From the NCBI RefSeq assembly GCF_001194135.2, contig NC_068999.1, forward strand, positions 54,820,166 through 54,871,185: a DNA stretch of 51,020 bases. Reading direction: 5' to 3'. Under the pieces are notes generated by a model. That model saw only the letters and a program-made list of their open reading frames with translations, did no database searches and was not told the DNA's origin. Source of the stretch: Octopus bimaculoides (lineage: Eukaryota). Below, one piece after another: positions 13,383 to 24,899 of this stretch; positions within the stretch are counted from its first letter, which is position 1; each line of letters begins with the position of its first letter. The translations under genes and the position numbers were made by a program.

Positions 13383-13531
13383 CTAGAAACAGTATTTAGT
13401 TGTTAAATAGTTTCTTCAAAAGTTGGAAGAAAGAAAGGAAAAAGAGGAGTAGGGTGAGAGAGAGAGAGAAAGAGGAAGTGAATGCAAGTGAGAAAGAGAG
13501 GAAAAAGGAAAAAAGTAAGAACAAATATGAA

Positions 13532-13569
<38 letters not shown>

Positions 13570-13571
13570 AT

Positions 13572-14302
13572 ATATCAAGTGTATTCCAGAAGTTGTGAAA
13601 CTTTCTTGAGGAGAGGCAGTTATAACTGTCCTAGATTATTGTAATTTTTGTATATCATTGCAACTAATAAGCTGACCTGCCAACTTCTTTTATTCCAGAC
13701 TGAAGGAGATAGCTATAACAGCACTATGAACACTCCTTACAAAACACTGCTTATCACAGTTGACTAGTTTGAAAAATGCAGTCAGGCATGAAGTCAATTT
13801 GAGAGCTCTCTGTACCATAAAGTTTTGTGTTAGACTGGGCAAAAATGTGACTTAAACTTATGAAATGCTTCAGACTGCTAATGGATTAACTTGTATAAGC
13901 TAAGCATCTGTTTTTTGCTGGCACAAGAGGCCAGACTAAGCAAGTCCATCAGGAAGCGATCTCCTCTTTCAAACAACAAGGGGCATCATCTACATCCACT
14001 GGGTTCCCTCTGGCCAGACAAAGAATACTTTGTGGAGGCTTTGAGTGAGTTCAGGAAGAGATTTCATTGCAAAAGGCTAGACCTTTTGCATCAGTCCAAA
14101 ATTCCACCCTAACCGACTACTTGACCGAGATGGGCATCAGAACTGTCCTTCACCGTCCCCACAGCCCAAACCTTGCCCACTGTGACTTTCGGTTGTTCCC
14201 AAGCTGAAGGAGATGACAGAGGTTGTGACATGGGTCCTGGTGACCTTCACTCTGGAGGACATTCATAGAGCCTTCAACAAGTGCGCTGATGTCAGAGGAG
14301 CC

Positions 14303-14305
<3 letters not shown>
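13572..14305 (+). mobile_element. Internally deleted, degenerate mariner element
   Basis: IKFCVRLGKNVT*TYEMLQTA (about 13815-13880) and DYLTEMGIRTVLHRPHSPNLAHCDFRLFPKLK (about 14115-14210), matching the mariner N-terminus and the YSPDLAPCDF motif region. Confidence 0.85.
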
Positions 14306-14361
<56 letters not shown>

Positions 14362-14527
14362 CTAAAAATGTTCATATACATGTATATTAGTCAGCATATT
14401 CATGTATATGCATGCCAGTCTATATAGTCTGATATAATCATGTTGATATTTGTATTTAAACTTACATCTATGTATACATGAACAATGCAAGGTATGCAAG
14501 GTGTAAAAATTCAAAAGTAGACTCTAT

Positions 14528-14558
<31 letters not shown>

Positions 14559-15508
14559 TATATATGCACTGGCATGCTAATGTATAAACCTGCAAGAATG
14601 AGTACGTATATATATATGTATGCAAATCAAAGTTGTGTGTTTATGAATATGCATGTGGTGTATGAACCAGAAGAACATTGACAAAAGACTTTCAGTATAA
14701 AAAAAAAAAACGATCTGTACTAAATTGTCTGTCCTTGTGGAAAGAGAGACAGAGAGAAATGTCAGTTAATATAGATCTCAGGTGAACAAACAATTTTAAA
14801 GTAACTTTTACTATGTCAACTACAACAGCCAGCTGGTCTCCAAGCTGACTCATCACAGTCTTTCTTTCTAACTTCAAATACTGCCTATGCCACCACCTCA
14901 ACATTTATTTAAGCCTATGGCAGTAACAGCAACAATGACATTGTGTGCTTAAGATAAATATTTTAACTGGAAATAAATAAATTAAAATAGAGTGAAGACT
15001 TAGAACTGGAAAATAAACTTTTGTGGAGAATAAGTGGCTGTGAGATTAAGGTGTTCCCAAAATACAGATCACAAGTTTATGGTTTCAACTATTGTTGCAG
15101 ATGTTACGATATGGCTGACACAGGCTGCTTTCATATGGTGACTTAGAAATAGCTGTCAAATATCCCTCAAATGATATTCTACTGTCTTGAAGGACAAAAA
15201 TAAAGGAAGAAAACATTGGACAATGTATTCTAAGACACACTATGACTAAATAAAAATGGGAATGATTTCTGATCATAAGTCTGTTTGTTCAAGGCTGACC
15301 TGGGGCTAAACAACAATAACAGTTAAAGCCTACCATTCAGTATTACAAAAACAACAACAACAAAAAGCATGTCCAAACTAGGTTTAATCTTCTTTGTTAC
15401 ATGACAACATATTTACATCATTAAATATTTGATGTCTAATTAGCATAGGTTATCTATAGTCACAGTCATAAATCATCCCATTTAGTAATTAGAAACATAC
15501 CAAACAAA

Positions 15509-15739
15509 GGCAGTGAGCTGGCAGAAGCGTCAACACGCAGGGCAAAATGCTTAGTGGTATTTCGTCTGCCGCTATGTTCTGAGCTCAAATTCCACTGAGG
15601 TTGACTTTGCCTTTCATCCTTTCGGGGTCGATAAATTAAGTACCAGTTACGCACTGCGGTCAATGTAATCGACTTAATCCCTTTGTCTGTCCTTGTTTGT
15701 CCCCTTTATGTTTAGCCCCTTGTGGGCAATAAAGAAATG
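15509..15739 (+). mobile_element. Young tRNA-derived SINE with an 18-bp target-site duplication
   Basis: AGAAACATACCAAACAAA at 15491-15508 and 15740-15757; B-box-like GCTCAAATTCC; GCCTTTCATCCTTTCGGGGTCGATAAA body. Confidence 0.9.
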
Positions 15740-15947
15740 AGAAACATACCAAACAAATGATAGAGCCTGTATGTAGTTGTTAAACCTGCTAGAATTAGTA
15801 ACCAAACAGTCCTCAAATCACATTCATGTCAACTTGATCAGTATTGAACTGGGGCTAAAAACACCATCATGACTACCACCATTATGGGCCTACAAACCAA
15901 TGACATCAAAATTATCTTTAAATGGAATCTTAACATATTAGTAATTC

Positions 15948-16262
15948 TTTAACCCTTTAACATTTAAACTGGTCATAACCAGCCCAAATATTCTTCCTGT
16001 TTTATGTGCAAACCATCCAGATCTGGCCTCTCACACCTACCATACAAAATAATTCTAAAAATAAACAATCACAACAAAATCTCAAAACTCCAACACAATG
16101 CATGATTAACCCTTCAGCATTCAGATTACTCTGTCAAATGTAATACTTATTTATTTACAGTTTTCAATTAATCATGCATTATATATATTTAAAATGACAT
16201 TGTAGGGTAGGTGTAAGAAGCTGGATCTGGTTTATTTGAACATAAAAAAGATAGAATATTTG
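15948..16262. mobile_element. Two nested piggyBac-like MITE copies in opposite orientation
   Basis: Both start TTAA|CCCTT(T/C)A(A/G)CATT; the second begins at an internal TTAA of the first (about 16107). Confidence 0.7.
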
Positions 16263-17214
16263 AGGTGCATCTTTATAAGGAACAAATAGCCACCACTCAA
16301 CTGTGAAGTGGAAGACAAACTGACCATCCATTTGAGGTCACTCAAATATGAAGTGGGAAGAATACTGACCATCCATCAAGGGTGGATGGCCTCATAAGGT
16401 AAGCAAGTCACCGTTTCAGTATGGAATAGGATAGATGCTGACCACTCTTCAATGCTGCTTATGACAGCCCATCAAAGGTGACGACAGCATCAATCCAAGA
16501 CATTCACCCTTCTCTCCCTCCAGCATATTGTTTCTCATGGGAGCATACATGGCTGACAAAACTGATACTAGATAGGCAGATCTTGTGGTACCAAAGCACT
16601 GAAAGTGACCCTGAACAACAGCCACAGGAGGTTGACAATGATGTCTCGTCCTCTCTTCAAGCAGTCTCCTGAGCTTGGTTTCAGTTTTATCTAAAAAGGA
16701 CAGAGTAATATCAAAACCGAAATTTATAATATATCTCTTCACTCAAGACTGAGTGGCTTATAGTTGGATGTCCTTTTATAAAATTAACTATAAATTTCAA
16801 ATGGTGAACTGATGCCAATTTTTTGGCTTGGTAAACCAAAAACAAAATTAATGAAATATTTTGCCTCAAAGGAAAACTGGAGACTTAACCAGTGTTTATA
16901 TCAAAATTAAAATCTGTCAAAAATCTCATTATAGAAGTTGAATGATATCCAAAAGATTTCAGTTGGTCAACATCAGCAAAGTATAATGAGATGAAGAAGC
17001 CAGAATGTGGTCACTTGATCTGCTAGAAATAGAAGATAAATCTCCCTCAAATCACATTCTATTCTCTCATAGAAAGGAGAAACGCATTGGATAAAGGAAT
17101 CCTAGATACACTGTTTCTGAATAAATGACAAGAAATCTGCACCAAGAATTGTTTTGAAGTGGTAAAGATGTGTTGTCTTTAACTGCACACACTAGGAACA
17201 CAAGTGACTGCTCC

Positions 17215-17620
17215 TATCATCATCACCTAACATGCATATTTCCATGCTTGCAAGGGTCAGATAGAATTTATTGAGGCAGATTTTCTATGTCAAGAGGCTC
17301 TTCCTATCACCAACCCTCACCTGTTTCTAAGCAAGATAATATTTTCTCAAAGCTAAACATGTTTTCCATGGAAGGGTGGAAGTGAACAACCTTGTCTGCA
17401 TGGTGATGATGCTCTTTTACAATCATTACATGATGGTTGTAAATGATGTCTAGACTAGGGTACATACATACACATACACACATGAAGAGCTTCCATGCAG
17501 TTTCTACCAAATCCACTCACAAGGCTTTGGTTGACCTGGAGCTACAGTAGATGACACTTCCTCAAGGTACCCTACAGTGGGACTGAACCCAAAATTACAT
17601 GATTGAAAAGCATGCTTCTT
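17215..17620 (-). mobile_element. Composite tRNA SINE (shared head plus RTE-like tail)
   Basis: Homologous to 3895-4320. Confidence 0.8.
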
Positions 17621-17815
17621 AACGCTGTAGCATTCAGATTATTCTGTCAAATGCAACACTTCTTTAGTCACATTGTTTTGCGTTTATCCTGCATCATCTT
17701 GTAGCCTGGAGATTTAGACTAACATTGTAGGGTCGGTGTGAGAGGCTGGATTTGGCCATAAAACATGAAGAATATTTTGGCCAGATGTGGCTGGTTTAAA
17801 TGCTAAAGGGTTAAG
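17620..17815 (+). mobile_element. piggyBac-like MITE
   Basis: Ends AATGCTAAAGGG|TTAA; same family as 28624-28848. Confidence 0.75.
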
Positions 17816-17961
17816 CTCACAGCTATGCCTGTGCCTATGTCTAAAGATAATTTTCAGAACAATGCCACATGTGGGTTGTGGCGAATTGCTAGATACCACA
17901 TACATATTAAGGTCATTATTCTGTACTGAAATAGGTCTTTGAGTCAACCCACATAACTCAC

Positions 17962-17987
17962 AATGCAGAGAAATTCACTGCACCAGC
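17962..17987 (-). CDS. Candidate micro-exon, 26 nt
   Basis: ctttttactttcctgatatccag|GCTGGTGCAGTGAATTTCTCTGCATT|gtgagt; phase 0 AGAVNFSA, phase 1 WCSEFLCI. Confidence 0.5.
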
Positions 17988-18165
17988 CTGGATATCAGGA
18001 AAGTAAAAAGGCAAAACAAATATTGAAAAGTATTTTGTCCAACACTTTAACTACTCTGCCAGTCCATTAGGTTGGTACTTATTTCATTGATTCTGAAAGA
18101 ATGAAAAGACTGGTCTTATTTCAAAGTTAACCTTAGTAGAATTTGAACTAAAAAAAAAAAGAGCT

Positions 18166-18237
<72 letters not shown>

Positions 18238-18475
18238 NNNNNNNNNNNNNNNNNNNNNNNNNNNNNNNNNNNNNNNNNNNNNNNNNNNNNNNNNNNNNNN
18301 NNNNNNNNNNNNNNNNNNNNNNNNNNNNNNNNNNNNNNNNNNNNNNNNNNNNNNNNNNNNNNNNNNNNNNNNNNNNNNNNNNNNNNNNNNNNNNNNNNNN
18401 NNNNNNNNNNNNNNNNNNNNNNNNNNNNNNNNNNNNNNNNNNNNNNNNNNNNNNNNNNNNNNNNNNNNNNNNNNN
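18238..18475. other. Assembly gap flanked by poly-A and (TA)n
   Basis: Run of N. Confidence 0.99.
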
Positions 18476-18532
<57 letters not shown>

Positions 18533-18760
18533 GAGAGAGACTATAATATTAAGGATAATTCTAGAATAAGGTCAGGACTCTTATTGACATTTTTTATGAC
18601 AAATAGCATTACGTCCCCAGACATTGGACGGATGAATGATAATGTTTTACATAAATCAATAAAAAAGGTCAGCAAGTTCAAAATCAGTTTGAAAATGCCA
18701 AAACCATACACAAAGCGTAAGAATGATTTGCTGAGGCCTGATATGACAATAGATTCTTAC

Positions 18761-18777
18761 AAGTTTAAAATTGGTTT
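18761..18777 (-). CDS. Candidate micro-exon, 17 nt
   Basis: gattttatgcgttttag|AAACCAATTTTAAACTT|gtaaga; phase 1 TNFKL, phase 0 KPILN. Confidence 0.45.
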
Positions 18778-18889
18778 CTAAAACGCATAAAATCAGAAAA
18801 GATTATAACCTAAATTTATAAAGAGAAAATGAGAATTTCTGAAATCATATTTTAAAAATATATTTAGAAAGGATTGAGTTTATGTCCTA

Positions 18890-19088
18890 TCTTTTATCTT
18901 TTACTTGTTTCAGTAAGACTGTGGCCATGCTGGGGCACCACCTCGAAGAATTTTTTGAAAAATGAATTGACCCCAGTACTTATTTCTTTTTAAGCCTGGC
19001 TTTTTCTATCATCTCCTTTTTGCCAAACTGCTGAGTTACAAGGACATTAACACAGCAAAACCAAATTGTTAAGTGGTGGTGGTGGTGG

Positions 19089-19125
<37 letters not shown>

Positions 19126-19265
19126 CACACACACGATGGGCTTCTTTCAGTTTCCATTTACCAAGACTATAACAGAAGACACTTTCCCAAGGTGCCACAT
19201 AGTGTGACTGAACCCAGAACCATGTGGTTGGGAAACAAACTTCTTACCAAACAGCCAAGCCTGTG
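18890..19265 (-). mobile_element. tRNA-derived SINE with internal (CA)n/(TA)n
   Basis: Same family as 1605-1975. Confidence 0.85.
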
Positions 19266-19303
19266 CCTGTTTATATTTTTAACTGTATGGACTTTTTAAA
19301 TAC

Positions 19304-19327
19304 TGTTTGACTCCCGCTATATATCAA
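19304..19327 (-). CDS. Weak candidate micro-exon, 24 nt (or 13 nt from an inner AG)
   Basis: cttttgaagctcag|TTGATATATAGCGGGAGTCAAACA|gtattt; phase 0 LIYSGSQT. Confidence 0.22.
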
Positions 19328-19914
19328 CTGAGCTTCAAAAGATATCAATTCATATATTTAAAGGGAAATAACTGCACTGCTATCAACGTGATTGGAGACC
19401 AATTTATGATATAGAACACAGAATAAATATAAAAAGAAACATGACAAGTAGGCACATAGGTACAGACAGAACATTTAAGAGAGAGAGAGAGAGAGAGTGC
19501 ATGCGATTATTTTATTTTTTGTTTTTCTATGTCACCTTGAGTTAAAAGAATGCATATTATCGAGGCACTGTTTTACAGCCAGATGCTCCTCTTGATACTA
19601 GAACAGACTAGCAAACATTTCAAATAGACCCACATGTACACACACACAGAGAATGGGCTTCTGAACTGTTTCTATCTACCAAATTTACTCACAGAGCATT
19701 GGTTGACTAGTTAATAAATTGTACGGTATACACCTGGTAATTTACCAGTAAAGCACATTCACTTTCTCAGTGTTCATTGGATAATTGATTAATGAGAGAG
19801 ATGGAAGATTTGAGAATGTTTATTGATTACTACAATCATTTCAACCCCTCTAGCATCGATCCCTCATGAGTAGGATACTGAACATTTGGTTTAGGTGTTC
19901 TCCTCCAGTGATAA

Positions 19915-19984
<70 letters not shown>

Positions 19985-20133
19985 GATAGAGAGAGAGAGA
20001 AAGAGAGGTGATACTGTATACCTATAAGAACTCCTCCTCACTGCTTCACCCCAAACAATTTCCTGTCTCAACCACACCAACTGATCATATCAGTGCAATA
20101 GGACAGTTGGATCAGGGAGGTCAAAATGTACGA

Positions 20134-20199
20134 TCACAGTCTTTTTAAGTGTGACTCACAGTCTTTTTAAGTGTGACTCACAGTCTTTTTAAGTGTGAC
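20134..20199. repeat. Perfect tandem repeat, 3 x 22 bp (TCACAGTCTTTTTAAGTGTGAC)
   Basis: Read directly from the sequence. Confidence 0.97.
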
Positions 20200-21074
20200 T
20201 AGTACATTTCAGAATATTACATTTCACAGAAACAAATCAGAATCATGTCATGGGAAAAGATCTGTTGCAAACCTATAAAATCCATGCCAATACAGAGAAA
20301 AATGTTAAATGACAATGATGGTAATCATGATGAATACAGTGATATTGTCAATTAGTCTGAGATGCCTTCAGTTTCATAGTCTTAGAAGAAGCATAACAGG
20401 TGTCGGCTAAGATAGACAAAGCAGGTTCTAGACCAGCCAGTGGTGAGGACATGACACATTGATGGTTAAGAAAACAAAGAACAAATGTCAAATGATTTGG
20501 TTACTGACTAGAATAAGATGTCGGCTAAGAGAAACCTGAACTGGAAGTAGTCTGCTTCTCTCAAAGACCTGGTGTTGACATGGAAACTATTTAGAGACAT
20601 CCGGTGGGGATAAAAGGGTGAGAGAGAAAGAAGATGTGTCATGCAACTGGTGTGAAGGTGAGAAAAAGATTTGACAGACAGCAATGGCAGTGAATTGGTT
20701 GATGGTGGTGGTGGTGGTGGTAGAGGAAAACAAAGTGATGGAGGAGGAAGAAAGTAATGGCTGTTCTTGAAATCTCTGTTGTTTAGCTTCACGTTAAGGC
20801 CTTATTGAATAGACAGCCAATCAAAGGCATCCTAACAGTGAGAATGCAATCTATTCTTTATTAAACCATGTGCAATGTATAAAGAACACTAACCAATGTA
20901 CGCTTCTACATATAATCTGTAGGGTGAGATATAGAGAGGTTTAGCTGTTATTTCTAGCGAGTTGAGAGAGCAAACAAGTTTCCTAACATCTTTTTTTTTC
21001 TGACTCCTGCAGTCCTACAGATGGAATAAGGCAAACTGTAATAGCAGCAGTAACAAACATCCAAGCAGACCAAG

Positions 21075-21136
21075 TTGTGTGTGTGTATGTGTGTGTGTGT
21101 GTGCGCGCGTGTGCACGCACATGCGTTTGTGTGTAT

Positions 21137-21167
<31 letters not shown>

Positions 21168-21169
21168 CT

Positions 21170-21265
<96 letters not shown>

Positions 21266-21300
21266 CATACATACATACATACATACATACATACAAACTT
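21075..21300. repeat. Compound microsatellite (TG)n(CA)n(TA)n(CATA)n
   Basis: Read directly; representative of dozens of di- to tetranucleotide tracts in the window. Confidence 0.97.
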
Positions 21301-21676
21301 GCATGCACATATATTATTAATTTCAGGCCTTGTGTCTATAGTTGAAAAGGATTTGAGAATGACCCGAAACCATATGCTTAGCAAAGCAAGCTTCTTAACC
21401 ATACAGCCATCCTAAGGAATAATTTACAGCTATTAACAGTCGCTGTTTAACCTCCAGACTAATCTTGAGTAAGCAAACCTATGAAGAGAGGTGTTCCAAC
21501 CATGCCCATTCTGACATTTTAGGATGATGCAGAATTACCTAACATGTCCTTCTTTACTGAAAATGGTAGACTGCAATAAGGGAAATTTTGGCAGCACAGG
21601 TTCTATCTCAAGTAAATGCAGATATAAACCACATCATTCACTCTGTACCTAATTATGCAAATATCTGAATCCTCAC

Positions 21677-21687
21677 AAACCATCCAA
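21677..21687 (-). CDS. Candidate micro-exon, 11 nt
   Basis: ttccttcttcactctatag|TTGGATGGTTT|gtgagg. Confidence 0.5.
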
Positions 21688-21769
21688 CTATAGAGTGAAG
21701 AAGGAACTGCACAAGTCAACTTATATTTCAGTTCAATTTCTACTGTTGTTCTATTGGGTTTCATGATAA

Positions 21770-22050
21770 AAAGGGTAAAGACTCCCTTTGATTATGAATG
21801 AGCAAGGGATTGCATCTAGGATGTTCCCCTCCAAGGCACAAGTCTGGGCAAGGTTGTTTATGGAAGACCAGCAGTTGCACATGCATACCAGCCTTCCTTC
21901 TCCAACACCACCGATGTTATCCAAGGGAAAGGTAAATGCCAATACAGCTTGGTACCAGTGATGTCGCAACTCATTTCTAGTCCAGGAATCGAATTTACTA
22001 CTTCATGATTGTAAGCCCAACACTCTAACCACTGAGCCATGCACCTTCAC
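21770..22050 (-). mobile_element. tRNA-headed SINE with a different tail (CTTCCATAAACAACCTTGCCC)
   Basis: Head homologous to 24300 and 31015 (B box GGTAAATTCGATTCC-like); tail distinct. Confidence 0.6.
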
Positions 22051-22109
22051 ACATGAGAGAACACTATATATTACATTGCCTAAGTCCATCTTACATAACC
22101 ATTTTTTAC

Positions 22110-22343
22110 TTATAGACCCCTTTGATTCCTATTTTATTCAGATGAATCCTCATAGCCATTTAATGTTTAAAAAATACTATTATATTTTTATAATTAAATA
22201 TTATTAGGTATTATTTATAAAAAACAATTGTTAAAATATTTTGAGTATTGTAGATGTATAATCAATTTATTGTAGATAAATTTCAACAACAAAATTTTAT
22301 ATGGACCACCAAGGGCCATGTGGACCCTATTTGAGAACTACTG
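22110..22343 (-). mobile_element. hAT-like MITE fragment
   Basis: Ends TTGAGAACTACTG; reverse complement matches the 7804 copy. Confidence 0.55.
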
Positions 22344-22543
22344 ATCTAACAGTTATCAGACATAGACTGACAATATATAATGGTTCAAGGTTCATCTCTC
22401 TTTTGCATTCCACCATAAAAGCGAAGCAAAGCAGTTGCTCTTTGGTAACCTTTAGTTATAGGAAAACATTACATGATCCAACAATGCCAAAGTGAGAGCA
22501 CAAGAGAATAGTTCATTCATTTTAGAGTAATTTGGGAACTTAC

Positions 22544-22564
22544 ATTGATATACATCAACAAAAG
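22544..22564 (-). CDS. Candidate micro-exon, 21 nt
   Basis: gtatttgtttgtgtag|CTTTTGTTGATGTATATCAAT|gtaagt; phase 1 FVDVYQ, phase 0 LLLMYIN. Confidence 0.55.
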
Positions 22565-22769
22565 CTACACAAACAAATACATGCATATACACATACACAC
22601 ATGCAATGAGCTTCCACAAAGTTCCCATCTACCGAATTCCACTCTCAAGGCATTAACCAACTTGAGGCTATAGTGAAAAACACTGCCCAAGGTATCATAC
22701 AGTAGAACTGAACCCGGAACTGAATAATTGCAAACTGTACTTAACACAGCCATACCTCATTCTAACACT

Positions 22770-23925
22770 GTTACAAATTCTGCCACAAGGGTAGCCATTT
22801 TGGGGGAGGGGATGTGTCGATTACATTAACTCCAGTGTTCAACTGGTACTTAATTTATTGACCCCGAAAGGATGAGAGGCAAAGTCAACCTCAGTGGAAT
22901 TTGAACTCAGAATGTAGCAACAGGTGAAATACCACTAAGCATTTAGCCTGGTGTGCTAATAAGTCTGCTAGCTCACTGTCTTAATAATAATAATGGTTAT
23001 AAATTCTGCCACAAGGGCAGCTTGGGGAGGTGGGGATGGATCAATTACACCAACTCCAGTGTTCAACTGATACTTATTTTATCAAAACTGAAAAGACAAA
23101 AGGTAAAGTTGATCTCAGCAAAATACTGCTAAGCATTTAACCCAGTGTGCTCATAATAATAATAATAATAATAATAATAATCCTTTCTACTAAAGACACA
23201 AGGCCTGACATTTTGGAGGAGGGGACTAGTCAATTACAATGAGCTTAGTGTTTCACAGGTACTTAATTTATTAACCCCTTGACCCTGGAAGCATTTGAAT
23301 TCAGAATGCAAAGTCAGATGAAATACCATTAAGTATTTTACCTGGTATGCTAATGGTCCTGCCAGCTCCCCACCTTAATAATAATAATAAATGACACCAG
23401 GCAGTGTCTCATGACTTCTGATCTTAACTGATTGGAAGTGCTATCATGTACAAGTTTTGTCTTGGTGTAAATGATGGGCTGCAGCAAGTATTCTGCTCAA
23501 TACCACAGATTTACTTGTCAGTTGCTTGACCATAGCCAGTTGAGCATGTCCCTTAGTGGCTGACTCTATGTGCATCTCTGATCATGAGCAGAAGCAGTGG
23601 GTGAGTATCACAGTCATGTGTTGAAAGGAATTCTTTGAGGTGTGAATAATTCACCTCTGGAAATATGGGTATTTCATTCATTGTCCTTAAACAACCCTTA
23701 TTCAAGGACCTTTTGAGCAGGACGAGCTACTCAACCTGAAGAAAATTTGAACTGGGCCCCACCTGCAAGGTCATGCACTGTTTATCTTGATATGAAATCA
23801 CCATGTTGCGCACATATGGTTGTGATGTATGTGCCTGGTGTACCTTTATGAGATGGGTGGTCATGATGGGTACATTGAGTTTGGTATATTTGTACCCCAA
23901 TGTTACTTTGATGGCTCTCTCACTC

Positions 23926-23964
<39 letters not shown>

Positions 23965-24190
23965 CCTTTCTACTAAAGGCACAAGGCCTGAAATTTGGTG
24001 GGGGTTGTACTAGTCAATTACATCGACCTTGGTGTTTCACTGGTACTTAATTTATTGACCCTGAAAGGATGAAAGGCAAAGTCGACCTTGTCAGGAATTT
24101 GAACTTGGAACGTTGCAATGGGCGAAATACCACTAAGCGTTTTGCCCAGCGTGCTAACGATTCTCCAGCTTGCTATTTTAACAACAGCAA
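22770..24190 (-). mobile_element. Head-to-tail stack of four SINEs separated by (AAT)n, with an unclassified ~530-bp repeat (23395-23925) inserted in an AAT tract
   Basis: The ACTTAATTTATTGACCCCGAAAGGATG...GCAAAGTC core occurs four times, each copy bounded by AAT runs. Confidence 0.85.
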
Positions 24191-24299
24191 CAATAATAAA
24201 TTGAAAAGAAAAAAGTAACCCAAGACCAACTTAGAAAAGTTTACTGAAATTATACTTCAAGAAATTAGAGAGATGATCTTTTTTACAAATCCCTATTAT

Positions 24300-24563
24300 A
24301 AATAAAATAAATAAATGCACCCTTTTAAAGCCTAGCCAGGCTCATGGGCCCAGTTTCCTGGTTTCTATGGTGTATGTATTCCCCAGCTGGACGGGACGCC
24401 AGTCCATCACAGCGTTACTTCTTTTTGCCAGCTGAGTGGACTGGAGCAACATGAAATGAAGTGTTTTGCTCAAGAACACAATATGTCGCCTGGTCCAGAA
24501 ATCGAAACCACACTCTTAGGATCATGATGCTGACACCCTAACCACTAAGCCATGTGCCTCCAC
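24300..24563 (-). mobile_element. tRNA-derived SINE with a Meta/MESC-like central domain
   Basis: Minus strand has B box GGTTTCGATTTC and GATGGACTGGCGTCCCGTCCAGCTGGGG, resembling the MetaSINE domain from memory; needs alignment. Confidence 0.7.
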
Positions 24564-24899
24564 ACAAATTCCTATTGTAGCAGACATAAAACAGCCCAAT
24601 AAGGGGTTATTTTAAAAAAGAGTATTGTATGACAATAAAATTGTCAGGTAGTGGATGTAAAGCATGTGTTGTAAATACAAGAGGGAAAGGAATGAGTTGT
24701 TCTAATATGGCTCTCAATCTTTTGTACCTCAATTGCATCAACTAGTACCTTCTATATTATATTTTTATGAAAATTACTAAAAAAAGACAAAGATTTATGT
24801 AATGAAATTATTTTGAACCTTAGCACACAGCAACTGACTGGTAACACAATGGGTCAATTTATGAGATTTACAAGTCTGTATAGTGATGTGGTGAGTGTG

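Noticed and set aside
16449-16742. 97-aa minus ORF with a good acceptor at about 16690
   Set aside because: No recognisable domain; other frames resemble decayed transposon sequence, so it cannot be called coding.
18168-18237. 70-nt poly-A, possible retrocopy tail
   Set aside because: Abuts an assembly gap and is likely a low-quality contig end.
18527-18781. 84-aa plus ORF (MKERDYNIK...)
   Set aside because: Starts inside a (TA)n/(GA)n tract and has no recognisable homology.
20954-21415. YI/CV/HT/SL/ER-repeat ORFs here and throughout
   Set aside because: Translations of dinucleotide microsatellites.
22770-24190. Regularly recurring repeats separated by variable sequence (CRISPR-like spacing)
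   Set aside because: Units are 150-230-bp diverged SINEs with microsatellite linkers, in a eukaryotic context with no cas genes.
24287-24292. 6-nt micro-exon-like GGATTT
   Set aside because: Its acceptor tract is the A-rich tail of the adjacent SINE and the donor is weak.
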